Source of the DNA: an uncultured archaeon
GTDB lineage: Archaea; Nanohalarchaeota; Nanosalinia; Nanosalinales; Nanosalinaceae
Assembly: GCA_964421955.1 (NCBI GenBank)
Contig: CAYQYU010000012.1
Coordinates: 1-30,225, forward strand
Direction: 5' to 3'
DNA length: 30,225 bases
Numbering within the stretch: position 1 is the stretch's first letter; every line of letters begins with the position of its first letter. The notes beneath the pieces were generated by a model that was not told the DNA's origin, made no database searches, and saw only the letters and a program-made list of their open reading frames with translations. Shown one piece after another: positions 7,743 to 16,968 of this stretch. The position numbers were made by a program, and so were the translations under genes.

Positions 7743-9398
7743 ATGAAGCGACTCAAAACACAGCTCGCAGAAGAAATCTCAGACTTTCTGGATACAGAGA
7801 TCCAGGAATCAGACATAGAGGTTCCAGAGCCGGAGCACGGCGACTTTGCCTATCCTGTCATGAGGGCTGCCTCAGAACTCGGCGAGAACCCGCGGGAACT
7901 TGCGGAAAAAGCCGGGCGAGAACTCGAGGAACTGGATATTGTTGAGGAAATAGAGGTCGCGGGACCGGGCTACCTCAACTTCTACCTCGACCGGGAAAGG
8001 TATTCCAGGATCATAGTGGAGCAACTCGAATCGGAAAAAATGGGTGTCACGCCTCAAGAGGGCAAGATGGTGGTAGAGTTCTCTTCTCCAAACGTTGCAA
8101 AGCCTATGCACGTCGGCCACTTCAGGAACAACGCGCTCGGGGATGCTCTCCAGAGAATCATGAGGTTCGTGGGCTACGACGTAACTTCTGAGAACTACCT
8201 GGGAGACTGGGGCACACAGTACGGCAAGCTGATATATGCGTTCAAGGAGTTCGGCTCCCGGGAAGAGTTCAGAGAGGCGCCAATGGAGCACATGTACTCG
8301 CTCTACGTCAAGTTCCACGAGGAGATGGAAGACGATGAAGAAATGGAGAAGAAAGGCCGTGAATGGGCGGCAAAGATTGAGGAAGGCGATGAGGAAGCGG
8401 TCGAACTCTGGGAGATGTTCCGTGACGCATCGATCGAGTACCACGAGAAGGACTACGACCGGATGGGAATCGATTTCGACCGCTGGATGGGCGAATCAAA
8501 GGTTGTAGAAGGCACCAGAGAAATGGTCGAGGAATGGATTGACGGAGGGAAACTTGACCGTGACGGGGACGGGAGCGTCTTCCTGGAGTTTGAAGACGAA
8601 GATCTGCCAGGCACTGTTCTGCTCAAGGAGGACGGCTCGACGCTGTACCTCACAAGAGACCTCTACAACCTGAAGAAGAGAAATAGTGAAGGATTCAACT
8701 ACAATCTCTACATCGTGGGTTCGGAGCAGGAACTCCACTTCCGGCAGGTTTTTGCGGCCGCAGAGAAACTGGGGCTCGACCCTGAAGGCTCGGAACACAT
8801 CTCCTACGGCCTCCTTTCACTCCCGGATGGAAGCATGTCATCCCGCCAGGGCCGGATAATCCGGCTGGAGGACGTGCTTGATGAAGCTGTCGAGAGAGCT
8901 GAAGAGAAGGCCAGAGAAAAGATGGATAGATCGGTCGAGAACGCTGAATACATCGGTATAGGAGCTGTAAAATACGCCAACCTTTCCGTTTCGAGAAGAA
9001 AAGATATCGAGTTCGACTGGGACCGCGCCCTGTCATTCGAGGGTGACTCTGGCCCCTATCTACAGTACTCGAACGCCCGGGCAAAGAGCATACTCGAGAA
9101 AGCTGGAGAGGAAGGAGAACTCGGGGAAGAGCCTGGAGACGAGGAGTACCTCCTCCTGAAGAAGCTGGCAGAGTTCCCGGAGAAGGTTGAAGCCGCGGCA
9201 GAAAGCAGGGACCCGGTCAAGGTGGCCCGGTACCTCTCCTCGCTTTCGGAAGAGTTCAACAGCTTCTACCACAGCTGCCCCGTAATTGACGCGGAAGAAG
9301 CTGCAAGAAAAAGGAGGCTGAAGCTGGTCGAGCTGTTTGTCGAAGTGACAGATAAAGGTCTTGAGATGCTCGGAATCGAGCCTCTAGACCAGATGTAG
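7743..9398 (+). CDS. argS: Arginine--tRNA ligase
   Basis: VEFSSPNVAKPMHVGH (HIGH), GDWGTQ, SMSSRQG (KMSKS), GPYLQY, FYHSCPV. ATG 7743 preferred over TTG 7722. Confidence 0.97.
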   Translation: MKRLKTQLAEEISDFLDTEIQESDIEVPEPEHGDFAYPVMRAASELGENPRELAEKAGRELEELDIVEEIEVAGPGYLNFYLDRERYSRIIVEQLESEKMGVTPQEGKMVVEFSSPNVAKPMHVGHFRNNALGDALQRIMRFVGYDVTSENYLGDWGTQYGKLIYAFKEFGSREEFREAPMEHMYSLYVKFHEEMEDDEEMEKKGREWAAKIEEGDEEAVELWEMFRDASIEYHEKDYDRMGIDFDRWMGESKVVEGTREMVEEWIDGGKLDRDGDGSVFLEFEDEDLPGTVLLKEDGSTLYLTRDLYNLKKRNSEGFNYNLYIVGSEQELHFRQVFAAAEKLGLDPEGSEHISYGLLSLPDGSMSSRQGRIIRLEDVLDEAVERAEEKAREKMDRSVENAEYIGIGAVKYANLSVSRRKDIEFDWDRALSFEGDSGPYLQYSNARAKSILEKAGEEGELGEEPGDEEYLLLKKLAEFPEKVEAAAESRDPVKVARYLSSLSEEFNSFYHSCPVIDAEEAARKRRLKLVELFVEVTDKGLEMLGIEPLDQM

Positions 9399-9455
9399 GC
9401 AGGTTACAGACAACAGTTCTTATTAACAGGCTCCGACCATTTTTAAGACAGGGCT

Positions 9456-11369
9456 ATGTCGGTTTTATCACGGGTCAAAAAAGCATTCTCCTCGAAGGAG
9501 ATTCAGGAAGACTTTGATTACGAGCCAAGTGAAAGTAGCCACTTCCAGTTCAACGAAGATCCGGGCGTCAAGATCACGACGGAAGCGGAAACAGTTGACG
9601 AGATCGACGTAAAGTATCCGCTTATCAAGCCCTTCGCGAACGCACACATCAAGTGGAACAAAGAAGAGAAAGAGCTGATGTACTACGTCGAAGAACCTAG
9701 CCTGAGTGACGAGGACGAAGAGCTGTACAGGAAGATAAAGGAAAACCTGTCCGAGAAGCTCGATGTCTCCCTGAGCTCAATGCAGGAACGGGAGAAGGTC
9801 ATCGGCTACCTGGAGAAGAAGATAGATGAGCTCCTGCTTGAACTCGGCCTTGAGCTTTCCGACCAGCAGCACGATAAGATAATGTACTTCATCTACCGCG
9901 ACTTTGTCGGTCTCGGAAAGATCGAGCCTTTAATGCACGACCCTTACATAGAGGACCTGGGATGTGACGGCACCGACATACCTATCTTTGCTGTCCACTC
10001 CGAATTCGGCTCCATAAAGTCAGACGTGAGGTTCGAGGACCAGGAAGACCTGAAGAACCTCGTGGTCAAGCTGGCGGAGCGAGCAGGAAAATACGTCTCG
10101 TACGCAAATCCGCTGCTCGACGGTGCTTTACCTGATGGTTCACGTGTCAACGCATCGCTCACTGAGGACGTTACATCGCACGGACCGACTTTTTCGATAA
10201 GAAAGTTCCAGGAGGAGCCGTTCTCATCCGTCGACCTGATGGATCTCGGAACCGTGTCCGCCGGTTTAATGGCGTACATGTGGCTCCTGATGGAGTACCA
10301 GCAGTCCGTGCTGATCTGCGGTGGAACGGCCACAGGTAAGACAACGTTCCTGAACTCCGCGGTATCTTTCATACCTCCAGAGGACAAGATCGTCTCGATT
10401 GAAGACACGCGTGAACTCAGGCTTCCGCACGAGAACTGGATTCCGTCTGTCACGAGAACCATGTTTGGTACAGATGATAAATCCGATGTCGACATGAACC
10501 AGCTGCTGAAAGAATCCTTCAGGGAGAACCCTGACTACGTGGTGGTCGGTGAGGTCCGTGGTGAAGAGGCCTCGGTGCTCTTCCAGGGAATGTCCTCGGG
10601 ACATCCCTCACTCGGTACGATGCACGCCTCGGGGCCGAACGATGTTGTGAAGCGGCTTGTGACACCCCCGATCTCGCTTTCCGCCGCACTTGTAGAATCT
10701 CTCGATGTCATCGTCCAGATGACCCACGCAAAGGGAGTCGAGGAGAGCGCCCGCCGTGTTAGAGCTGTGCACGAGGTACAGAAGGTCATGGGAGAATCAC
10801 AGAGCGCAAGGACCAACGAGGCATTCACATGGACCGCCAAAGACGACTCATACAAGATGCGTGGAGAACCCTACCTCTTTGACCAGATCAGCAGCGATTA
10901 CGGCGTTTCAAAGGACAACCTCAAGGAGGAGCATGAAAACAGGACTAGATTACTCGAATGGCTCCAGAAGAAAGGAGTCAAGGACTTCGACAGCGTGTCC
11001 AAGATAATTGCGGAATACTACAAGAGCAAGGAAGACATCCTGAAAATGGTGAACTCGGAGGACGGGGAATCCACTCTAAACGAGATAATCGAGGCAGAGC
11101 AGAAAGTCGATATTACAAGGCCCGATCAACTGGACAATGCAGTGAGGGCCGAGAGAGAATCAGGAGGCCTCGAATCCGAGATTGAAAACATGGACGCAGG
11201 TCAGGCACTTGAGGAGAAAATCAGGGAGGAAGAAAATCCGGTCGAAGAAATTGAAAAAAGGCTGAAAGACGAACAGAGAAAGGTTGACAGCACAAGAGAT
11301 GCGGACAGGGATAAGGACCCTTTTGAGGACTCTAAAGAAAACGTCGATGCAAACCCGTTCGAGGCCTGA
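9456..11369 (+). CDS. Type IV pilus / type II-IV secretion ATPase (PilB/FlaI/VirB11 family)
   Basis: Walker A GGTATGKTT, SIEDTREL, RENPDYVVVGEVRG, TMHA; long acidic C-terminal tail. Confidence 0.95.
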   Translation: MSVLSRVKKAFSSKEIQEDFDYEPSESSHFQFNEDPGVKITTEAETVDEIDVKYPLIKPFANAHIKWNKEEKELMYYVEEPSLSDEDEELYRKIKENLSEKLDVSLSSMQEREKVIGYLEKKIDELLLELGLELSDQQHDKIMYFIYRDFVGLGKIEPLMHDPYIEDLGCDGTDIPIFAVHSEFGSIKSDVRFEDQEDLKNLVVKLAERAGKYVSYANPLLDGALPDGSRVNASLTEDVTSHGPTFSIRKFQEEPFSSVDLMDLGTVSAGLMAYMWLLMEYQQSVLICGGTATGKTTFLNSAVSFIPPEDKIVSIEDTRELRLPHENWIPSVTRTMFGTDDKSDVDMNQLLKESFRENPDYVVVGEVRGEEASVLFQGMSSGHPSLGTMHASGPNDVVKRLVTPPISLSAALVESLDVIVQMTHAKGVEESARRVRAVHEVQKVMGESQSARTNEAFTWTAKDDSYKMRGEPYLFDQISSDYGVSKDNLKEEHENRTRLLEWLQKKGVKDFDSVSKIIAEYYKSKEDILKMVNSEDGESTLNEIIEAEQKVDITRPDQLDNAVRAERESGGLESEIENMDAGQALEEKIREEENPVEEIEKRLKDEQRKVDSTRDADRDKDPFEDSKENVDANPFEA

Positions 11370-11375
11370 AACAAA

Positions 11376-12014
11376 ATGCAGCGAATAAAATCCGGAATCC
11401 ACAACTTTGACCGTCTCCTGGGCGGCGGCATACCTGACAGAGAGCTCATACTGGTCAAGGGAGAGCCTGGATGCGGAAAATCCAACCTTGGAATGGAATA
11501 CCTTTACAGGGGCGCCCAGAAAGGAGAGAACGGTCTCTACGTTTCCTTCCAGGATACTGAGCCAGAGATACTCCGGACCACGACATTCGACTGGGACTTC
11601 GGGGAGATGGTCGAGGAAGACACCATCAACATAACCAAGTTCGACCCCTACAGGTACGAGCAGATCGCCAACATGCTTCGTTCAACTGTGAAGGAGAACG
11701 ACGCCACGCGCGTGGTCCTGGACCCTATAACCGATCTCGATCTGTATATTGATTCACGGAAGGACCAGAGGAAGAATCTCCTGAAGATCAAAGAGGAGTT
11801 GAAAGACCTTGGGTGCACAACAATTCTTGTTGCGGAGAAGGAAGAGGCCACAGAGCTGGAGGAGGAGATTGCCGACGGGATTGTGGAGCTTGAACTTCTG
11901 CGGAAAGAGGGCCAGGTCGAACGCCATATACTGGTGAAGAAGCTGAAAGGTTCAGACTATAACCACAGCGTCCATAGCTACATAATCAACAGCGACGGAA
12001 TAAAGATACAATGA
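11376..12014 (+). CDS. KaiC/RAD55-like single-domain RecA-family ATPase
   Basis: RIKSGIHNFDRLLGGGIP, Walker A GEPGCGKS, RVVLD, VKKLKGS. Confidence 0.9.
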   Translation: MQRIKSGIHNFDRLLGGGIPDRELILVKGEPGCGKSNLGMEYLYRGAQKGENGLYVSFQDTEPEILRTTTFDWDFGEMVEEDTINITKFDPYRYEQIANMLRSTVKENDATRVVLDPITDLDLYIDSRKDQRKNLLKIKEELKDLGCTTILVAEKEEATELEEEIADGIVELELLRKEGQVERHILVKKLKGSDYNHSVHSYIINSDGIKIQ

Positions 12015-12118
12015 CGCAAACCAGAGATTTGCTCAGAGCGAAGACCGGGTGGTCTTCTCTAAGCAGAAAACGCTACCTGTTTTCGAGAGACGAAAACACA
12101 TGCGGTGTTTTCGAATGA
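12010..12118 (+). repeat. Four-hairpin insert flanked by AATGA direct repeats, open as a 35-aa mini-ORF (12011-12118)
   Basis: Hairpins at 12016-12032, 12040-12057, 12066-12084 and 12091-12113; AATGA at 12010 and 12114. Confidence 0.75.
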
Positions 12119-13041
12119 GTGAAAGCGATCCTTTCCAGAGTTCTTTCAGGGCCAGGATCAAGAGGGCGATGCAGACAGATAATACCGCTGCAGCAGCCAA
12201 CGCTCTTTTTGGACCCACGGTTGACAGCCACAGCGAGTATTTCGAGGACCTGAAGACCGACATGAAGAAGGCGGGCATGGACGTGCTCTTCAGAACCTAC
12301 GTTTCGAAAATGTTCCTTTACACCATCGTGACCTTCATCCTCGCTATGGTCTCGGGAATTTTCTACACATTCATCAACTCTCCCGCTCCACAGACTGCCT
12401 TGAGACTGATAGTTGGCATGCCCTTCGCGCTCTCGATTCTCGTCCTGGGCGGGATGTACATGTACCCATCACAGGTCGCGAAGAGGAGGGAGAAAAATAT
12501 AGATGAGAACCTGCCGTTTGCGCTGAACCATCTGAGCGCGATCGCGACCTCGGGTATACCGCCAAGCTCGATGTTCCAGCTCCTGCAGGGCTTCAAGGAG
12601 TATGAGGGAATTGCGCAGGAGGCCGGAGAAATTTCCCGCAGAGTCAATGTCTTCGGTGAAGACCTCACCACCGCATTAAGGGAAGTGGCGGAGCGGTCTC
12701 CGAGCGAGGACTGGACCGAAGTGCTGTACGGCATCCTTTCAACAGTTGAAACCGGGGGAAATCTCGACGACTTCCTGAAGGAGCAGGCCGACGAGGCGCT
12801 TTTCGACTACAAGATGGAGCGCGAAAGAGAAATCGAGCGGCTCAGCACTTACGCGTCGTTCTACACCGCAATCCTGATAGCTGCACCGGTTTTCCTGGTA
12901 GTTATACTCGCGGTCATGAACCTGCTTGGCGGCCAGCTAATGGGCTTCGCCATCAGGGATTTGATGTGGCTTGGCGTCCACATAATCATACCTGTCATAA
13001 ACATCCTGTTCATAATATTCCTGACAATCAAGGTGGACTAG
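12115..13041 (+). CDS. Type II secretion system F family (TadC/PilC/FlaJ-like) membrane platform protein
   Basis: IDENLPFALNHLSAIATSG, FGEDLTTAL, ETGGNL, several TMs. ATG 12115 (GGTG 7 nt upstream) preferred over GTG 12049. Confidence 0.92.
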   Translation: MSESDPFQSSFRARIKRAMQTDNTAAAANALFGPTVDSHSEYFEDLKTDMKKAGMDVLFRTYVSKMFLYTIVTFILAMVSGIFYTFINSPAPQTALRLIVGMPFALSILVLGGMYMYPSQVAKRREKNIDENLPFALNHLSAIATSGIPPSSMFQLLQGFKEYEGIAQEAGEISRRVNVFGEDLTTALREVAERSPSEDWTEVLYGILSTVETGGNLDDFLKEQADEALFDYKMEREREIERLSTYASFYTAILIAAPVFLVVILAVMNLLGGQLMGFAIRDLMWLGVHIIIPVINILFIIFLTIKVD

Positions 13042-13123
13042 AATCGAGCTAATAAGCAAAAAATACAGGCTGAAACTCAAGAACCTCTGGAGGAAGTATG
13101 AAGACCTGATTGTACTTGTCGCG

Positions 13124-14257
13124 ATGGCGGCGATCCTGGGAGTTCTGGTCTCGGCGGCCAACACATGGTACTACGAACAGACCACCCAGAAGTTCGTGCT
13201 AGATGAACCCCAGACCATCGGGAACGAGCGGGACGCAACCTTCACATTCCATCTCCAGGAGCCACAGCTGGCGTCGGAAACAACCCTTGAATTCACCGTC
13301 GAAGACATCGAGTCCACCACCAATATCTACCTGCAGGTAAACGGTCAGGATGTCACCCCGATATCTCCAGGAGAGAACATAGTAAAGCTCTCCAGCAACA
13401 GGCTCAAGAATAGTAACACTGTTAGACTGTACAAGAAAAACATCGGATTCACTGACCAGAAGCTGGTTGAGGCCAGGGTAACATCCAACACCAGCCTGCA
13501 ACAGCTAATTTTCGTCCTGATAAACTTCTCCTCGCTCCTGCTGGTATTCCTGCCGATAGGATACGTAAAATATACAGGATATCTGCGGAGAAAAGAGATG
13601 GAAGAACAGTTCCCCACCTTCCTGAGAGATATTGTCCAGGGCACCCGGGCCGGCATGTCACTGCCACAGGCGATCCAGAACACCGAATCCGCAAACTACG
13701 GTGCTCTGAACCCGCACATAAGGAAAATGTCAGCACAGATCGAATGGGGTGTGCCGTTCGACAAGGTTCTCGACAGCTTCGGCAGCACCATAGGAACACC
13801 CATGGTCAGGAGAAGCGTTGACACCATAATACAGGCCTACACCTCTGGAGGAGATATTGAAGATGTCCTCGAATCAGTAGGGGAGAACATAAGGTCGATC
13901 AAGAAGCTGAAGGAGGAGCGGCAGAGCCAGCTCTACGGAGAGATGATCACGGGTTACGTGGTCTACTTCATATTCATCGGTATACTGATCGCGCTCCAGA
14001 CCTACCTGCTTCCGAACCTTGCCGCGGCGTCCGAGTCGCTAGGGGGCGGGCTCGACATACTCGGCAGCAGTGGCGGAGGAAATCTCCAGGAGAACATCAA
14101 CCTCTACGAGGTCTGGTTCTCTAGACTTGTCTACATCCAGGCCATATTTTCCGGTATCATAATCGGAAAGCTCTCCGAGGGTCAGCTACAGGCAGGACTA
14201 AAACACTCCGCGATACTTTTCGCAGTAGGGTACCTCTCGGTGACCTTCTTCCTCTAG
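13124..14257 (+). CDS. Second T2SS-F (TadB/TadC-like) protein with an extra extracytoplasmic domain; the true start may be upstream (about 13043)
   Basis: MEEQFPTFLRDI..RAGMSL, IEWGVPF, SGGDIEDVL, GKLSEG..AGLKH. Confidence 0.9.
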   Translation: MAAILGVLVSAANTWYYEQTTQKFVLDEPQTIGNERDATFTFHLQEPQLASETTLEFTVEDIESTTNIYLQVNGQDVTPISPGENIVKLSSNRLKNSNTVRLYKKNIGFTDQKLVEARVTSNTSLQQLIFVLINFSSLLLVFLPIGYVKYTGYLRRKEMEEQFPTFLRDIVQGTRAGMSLPQAIQNTESANYGALNPHIRKMSAQIEWGVPFDKVLDSFGSTIGTPMVRRSVDTIIQAYTSGGDIEDVLESVGENIRSIKKLKEERQSQLYGEMITGYVVYFIFIGILIALQTYLLPNLAAASESLGGGLDILGSSGGGNLQENINLYEVWFSRLVYIQAIFSGIIIGKLSEGQLQAGLKHSAILFAVGYLSVTFFL

Positions 14258-14299
14258 AAAGAGAATATAATTAAAAGCAGAGATAACGCTTCAATTAAT

Positions 14300-14722
14300 A
14301 TGGTCAGGAAAGGTATATCCCCTCTTATATCCGCAGTGCTGCTACTGGCGGTGACTCTCTCAATGGCCGCACTGTTTTCAGGATGGGGTCCTAGCCTCGT
14401 CAACACCGTTACAGACAGCACCGAGAACCAGACCGAGAGAACGATCAACTGTAACGAGGCCGGCATCGAGATAATAGCAGCCAAGTACTACCCTGCCGGA
14501 CAGACCTCTATCGTTGTCAGGAACACGGGAAGGTCTGAGCTAGACAATCTCGAAGTTTCGGCCTGGAAAGGCGATCTACCTATGAACAACAGTCTGCTCA
14601 GCGCTCTCGCGCAGGGCAACTTCACCACCTCCAACGTCACCACCTCGTCGAAACCCGACGACGTCAGGGCGTTCTCCAGAGACTGCACCTCAGTCCAGGA
14701 TACGCACGAGGAAATAGGCTGA
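14300..14722 (+). CDS. Archaeal type IV pilin
   Basis: Class III signal peptide RKG/ISPLISAVLLLAV, VRNTG motif, Cys pair. Confidence 0.9.
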   Translation: MVRKGISPLISAVLLLAVTLSMAALFSGWGPSLVNTVTDSTENQTERTINCNEAGIEIIAAKYYPAGQTSIVVRNTGRSELDNLEVSAWKGDLPMNNSLLSALAQGNFTTSNVTTSSKPDDVRAFSRDCTSVQDTHEEIG

Positions 14723-14729
14723 TAAGATA

Positions 14730-15164
14730 ATGAAAGGTATCTCGGAGATAGTTTCCGCCGTCGTGATTCTCGGAATCGGCATTTCCCTCGTCTCCCTCTA
14801 CGCGGAGTGGGCCCCCACCTTTGCTGAAGATACAGTGGGCGATTTCTCGAACAGGTCAGGCCAGCAAATAAAGTGCAGCAATGCCGCCTTCTCTATAAAG
14901 GATGCGGAGTACGACAAGTCGAGCAACTCCACCATTTTCTACCTCGAAAACGACGGCACCATACGTTTCGCTGGCGGAATAACGGTTGGCGTCTTCAACT
15001 CCACTACAGTCGAGATCGGAAGGAAGGCGATACAGAACCTGGATGTCGAACAGGAGAAGAGGATAAGCGTGGATAGCCCCCGAATACCTTCCTACATAAT
15101 CGCCACGAGCAGGGACTGCCCGGATGTCGAGGCGACCGAGGAGAGGATCAACGTCCACAGGTAA
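14730..15164 (+). CDS. Archaeal type IV pilin
   Basis: MKG/ISEIVSAVVILGI, LENDG, SRDC shared with the previous pilin. Confidence 0.88.
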   Translation: MKGISEIVSAVVILGIGISLVSLYAEWAPTFAEDTVGDFSNRSGQQIKCSNAAFSIKDAEYDKSSNSTIFYLENDGTIRFAGGITVGVFNSTTVEIGRKAIQNLDVEQEKRISVDSPRIPSYIIATSRDCPDVEATEERINVHR

Positions 15165-15202
15165 ACGGAAGAAATGTAAATCTGGAGGCGGCAAATTCTG
15201 AT

Positions 15203-15400
15203 ATGTCAGGAAACTTCTGGTTGATCGAGATATACAGCAATGATACAGCGAACGTATCAATAACCTCGAAAGAAGAGATAGAGGCGCTGAAAAATACGGA
15301 TAGCATCGAGGACTGGCAGTTCGCACCTACTTCAGAGGTCTCCGAGGACGACATGATCGAACGGGCAGAAGAACACGGGTACGAGCACGACCCCTGGTAG
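15203..15400 (+). CDS. Small acidic hypothetical protein
   Basis: 65 aa with host-like acidic composition; fills the gap. Confidence 0.65.
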   Translation: MSGNFWLIEIYSNDTANVSITSKEEIEALKNTDSIEDWQFAPTSEVSEDDMIERAEEHGYEHDPW

Positions 15401-15439
15401 CCCGAAGCCATTTTATGGGGCGGCCCAAAACTTCTACCG

Positions 15440-16522
15440 ATGAGAAAAATATTAGCCGCCGCAATTCTCCTCCTGCTTGCCTCCTCCGCTGCAGGAGTTG
15501 ATTTTGAAACCATCCTTCTCGACGATGACAGGGATGAAATATTCCAGATGGACGGGTTCATCTTCTCGTCCTCTGAAAACACGACCGAGGTTATCATAGA
15601 ATACAACCTGACGCTAGAGGTGAACTACAACAAGACCAGTCTGAAGAACTTCACCACCACCCTCGCCCACGGAAACAGGACTGTAGCCGCGGACAGCAGC
15701 AAGCCCGGAAACCTGAAGCCCGGGGAATCCCTTTCAGGCTTCAAGACCATAGAGTCCAGGACACCGCCCGATCTTGTTGACCGGGTAAAAATCCTTCTCG
15801 AATACCAGAAAACCGTCTCTGACGGCAGCAAGGTGAAAGAAAACGCCAGCAACTACTTCCTTTACGACCTCAACGACAGGAATCCCAGGATAAAAACTCT
15901 CGAAACTTCTTCTCCCGAGGTCAGGCGCGGCCAGAACATTACAGTCACCGCAGAAACAGCCGACATCTCCAGGCTAAAGACTGCGGAAACCAATTTCTCA
16001 AAGACCGGGAATGACACGTTCCGTGCAAACCTTACCGTTCCCCAGGAAACCAGTGAAGGTGAGCCTCCCGTATACACTATCATAGACGGCCGCGGAAATG
16101 TCTTCCAGAAATATCTAGATGCCCGGGTGATCAATGAGCCTCCCGAGCTAGAGCTGGAGTTCGACTGGAATGTAACACAGGGAGAAAACACAGAGATAAC
16201 TATCATGGACTCGGACGATTACAGGGTCAACAAGACCTACATAGAGTTCCGGGGCAGGAGATACCGGAAGGGGGACTCCAAGAAGATAACTATTCTCACA
16301 GAGGCCCTGGATCCCGGTACATACCGTTTCAAAGCGGTAACAGTGGATAATGAGGGTGCCAGAACCACCAGGACTGGAGGCCTATCCATTCCTGGAGAAG
16401 GAACTCCAGCAAAGAAACCGGGAACAGGAAGTCAGGAAACCCAGAACCGTGGAGACGAAGAAAACCCGGGCAGCCTCACGTTCGTAGAATCCATAATCAA
16501 ATTCCTGAAATCGCTCTTCTAG
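15440..16522 (+). CDS. Secreted/surface glycoprotein with predicted beta-sandwich (Ig-like) domains
   Basis: Signal peptide, many N-x-S/T sequons, PGTYRFKAVTVDNEG, amphipathic C-terminus FVESIIKFLKSLF. Confidence 0.8.
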   Translation: MRKILAAAILLLLASSAAGVDFETILLDDDRDEIFQMDGFIFSSSENTTEVIIEYNLTLEVNYNKTSLKNFTTTLAHGNRTVAADSSKPGNLKPGESLSGFKTIESRTPPDLVDRVKILLEYQKTVSDGSKVKENASNYFLYDLNDRNPRIKTLETSSPEVRRGQNITVTAETADISRLKTAETNFSKTGNDTFRANLTVPQETSEGEPPVYTIIDGRGNVFQKYLDARVINEPPELELEFDWNVTQGENTEITIMDSDDYRVNKTYIEFRGRRYRKGDSKKITILTEALDPGTYRFKAVTVDNEGARTTRTGGLSIPGEGTPAKKPGTGSQETQNRGDEENPGSLTFVESIIKFLKSLF

Positions 16523-16552
16523 AACAGATCCTGGATATTGTCCTGAGTAAAA

Positions 16553-16668
16553 TGGCCGATCCCGGATTTGAACCGGGGACAACTGCATAACTGAACTATG
16601 TTCAGTGAAACGCCGATAGAATCGGCGTGTCTTCAGTGCAGCGCTCTCCCAGGCTGAGCTAATCGGCC
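16553..16668 (-). tRNA. tRNA-Phe(GAA) with a 42-nt intron at 37/38 (16589-16630)
   Basis: Minus strand GGCCGAT/ATCGGCC-A, GCTC/GAGC, CTGCA-CT-GAA-G|intron|A-TGCAG, CCCGG-TTCAAAT-CCGGG; BHB helix CTGA/TCAG. Confidence 0.94.
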
Positions 16669-16968
16669 GTCAAAGTGCTACAGGCTTAATGGAAAAGATG
16701 AGCTTTAAGAATCAATCCTTGACCAACGCATCTTTCCCCCGAAATAAGCCAGAAATAGATTCTAAAGACCTTATAAACAGTTCATAAAAGCCTAAAAACA
16801 TATAGAAGCTTCAATAAAATTCTGATTCTATTTTAAGAGATTAAAAAACTTTTTCATACATTCGAAAACTCTTAAAAACCTTTAGAAAGTGAATTAAACG
16901 ATCTTGAAACTTTATGAAGCCAGAAAACGTTTTTAACAGGCTTGAACTTAGTTGGAACTGGTGAATAG

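Noticed and set aside
12049-12114. GTG 12049 N-terminal extension of the TadC-like protein
   Set aside because: It runs through the hairpin insert with a basic, atypical sequence; ATG 12115 has a better context.
9456-15164. Archaellum operon
   Set aside because: No arlF/G/CDE genes; two TadC-like genes and short pilins fit a pilus better.
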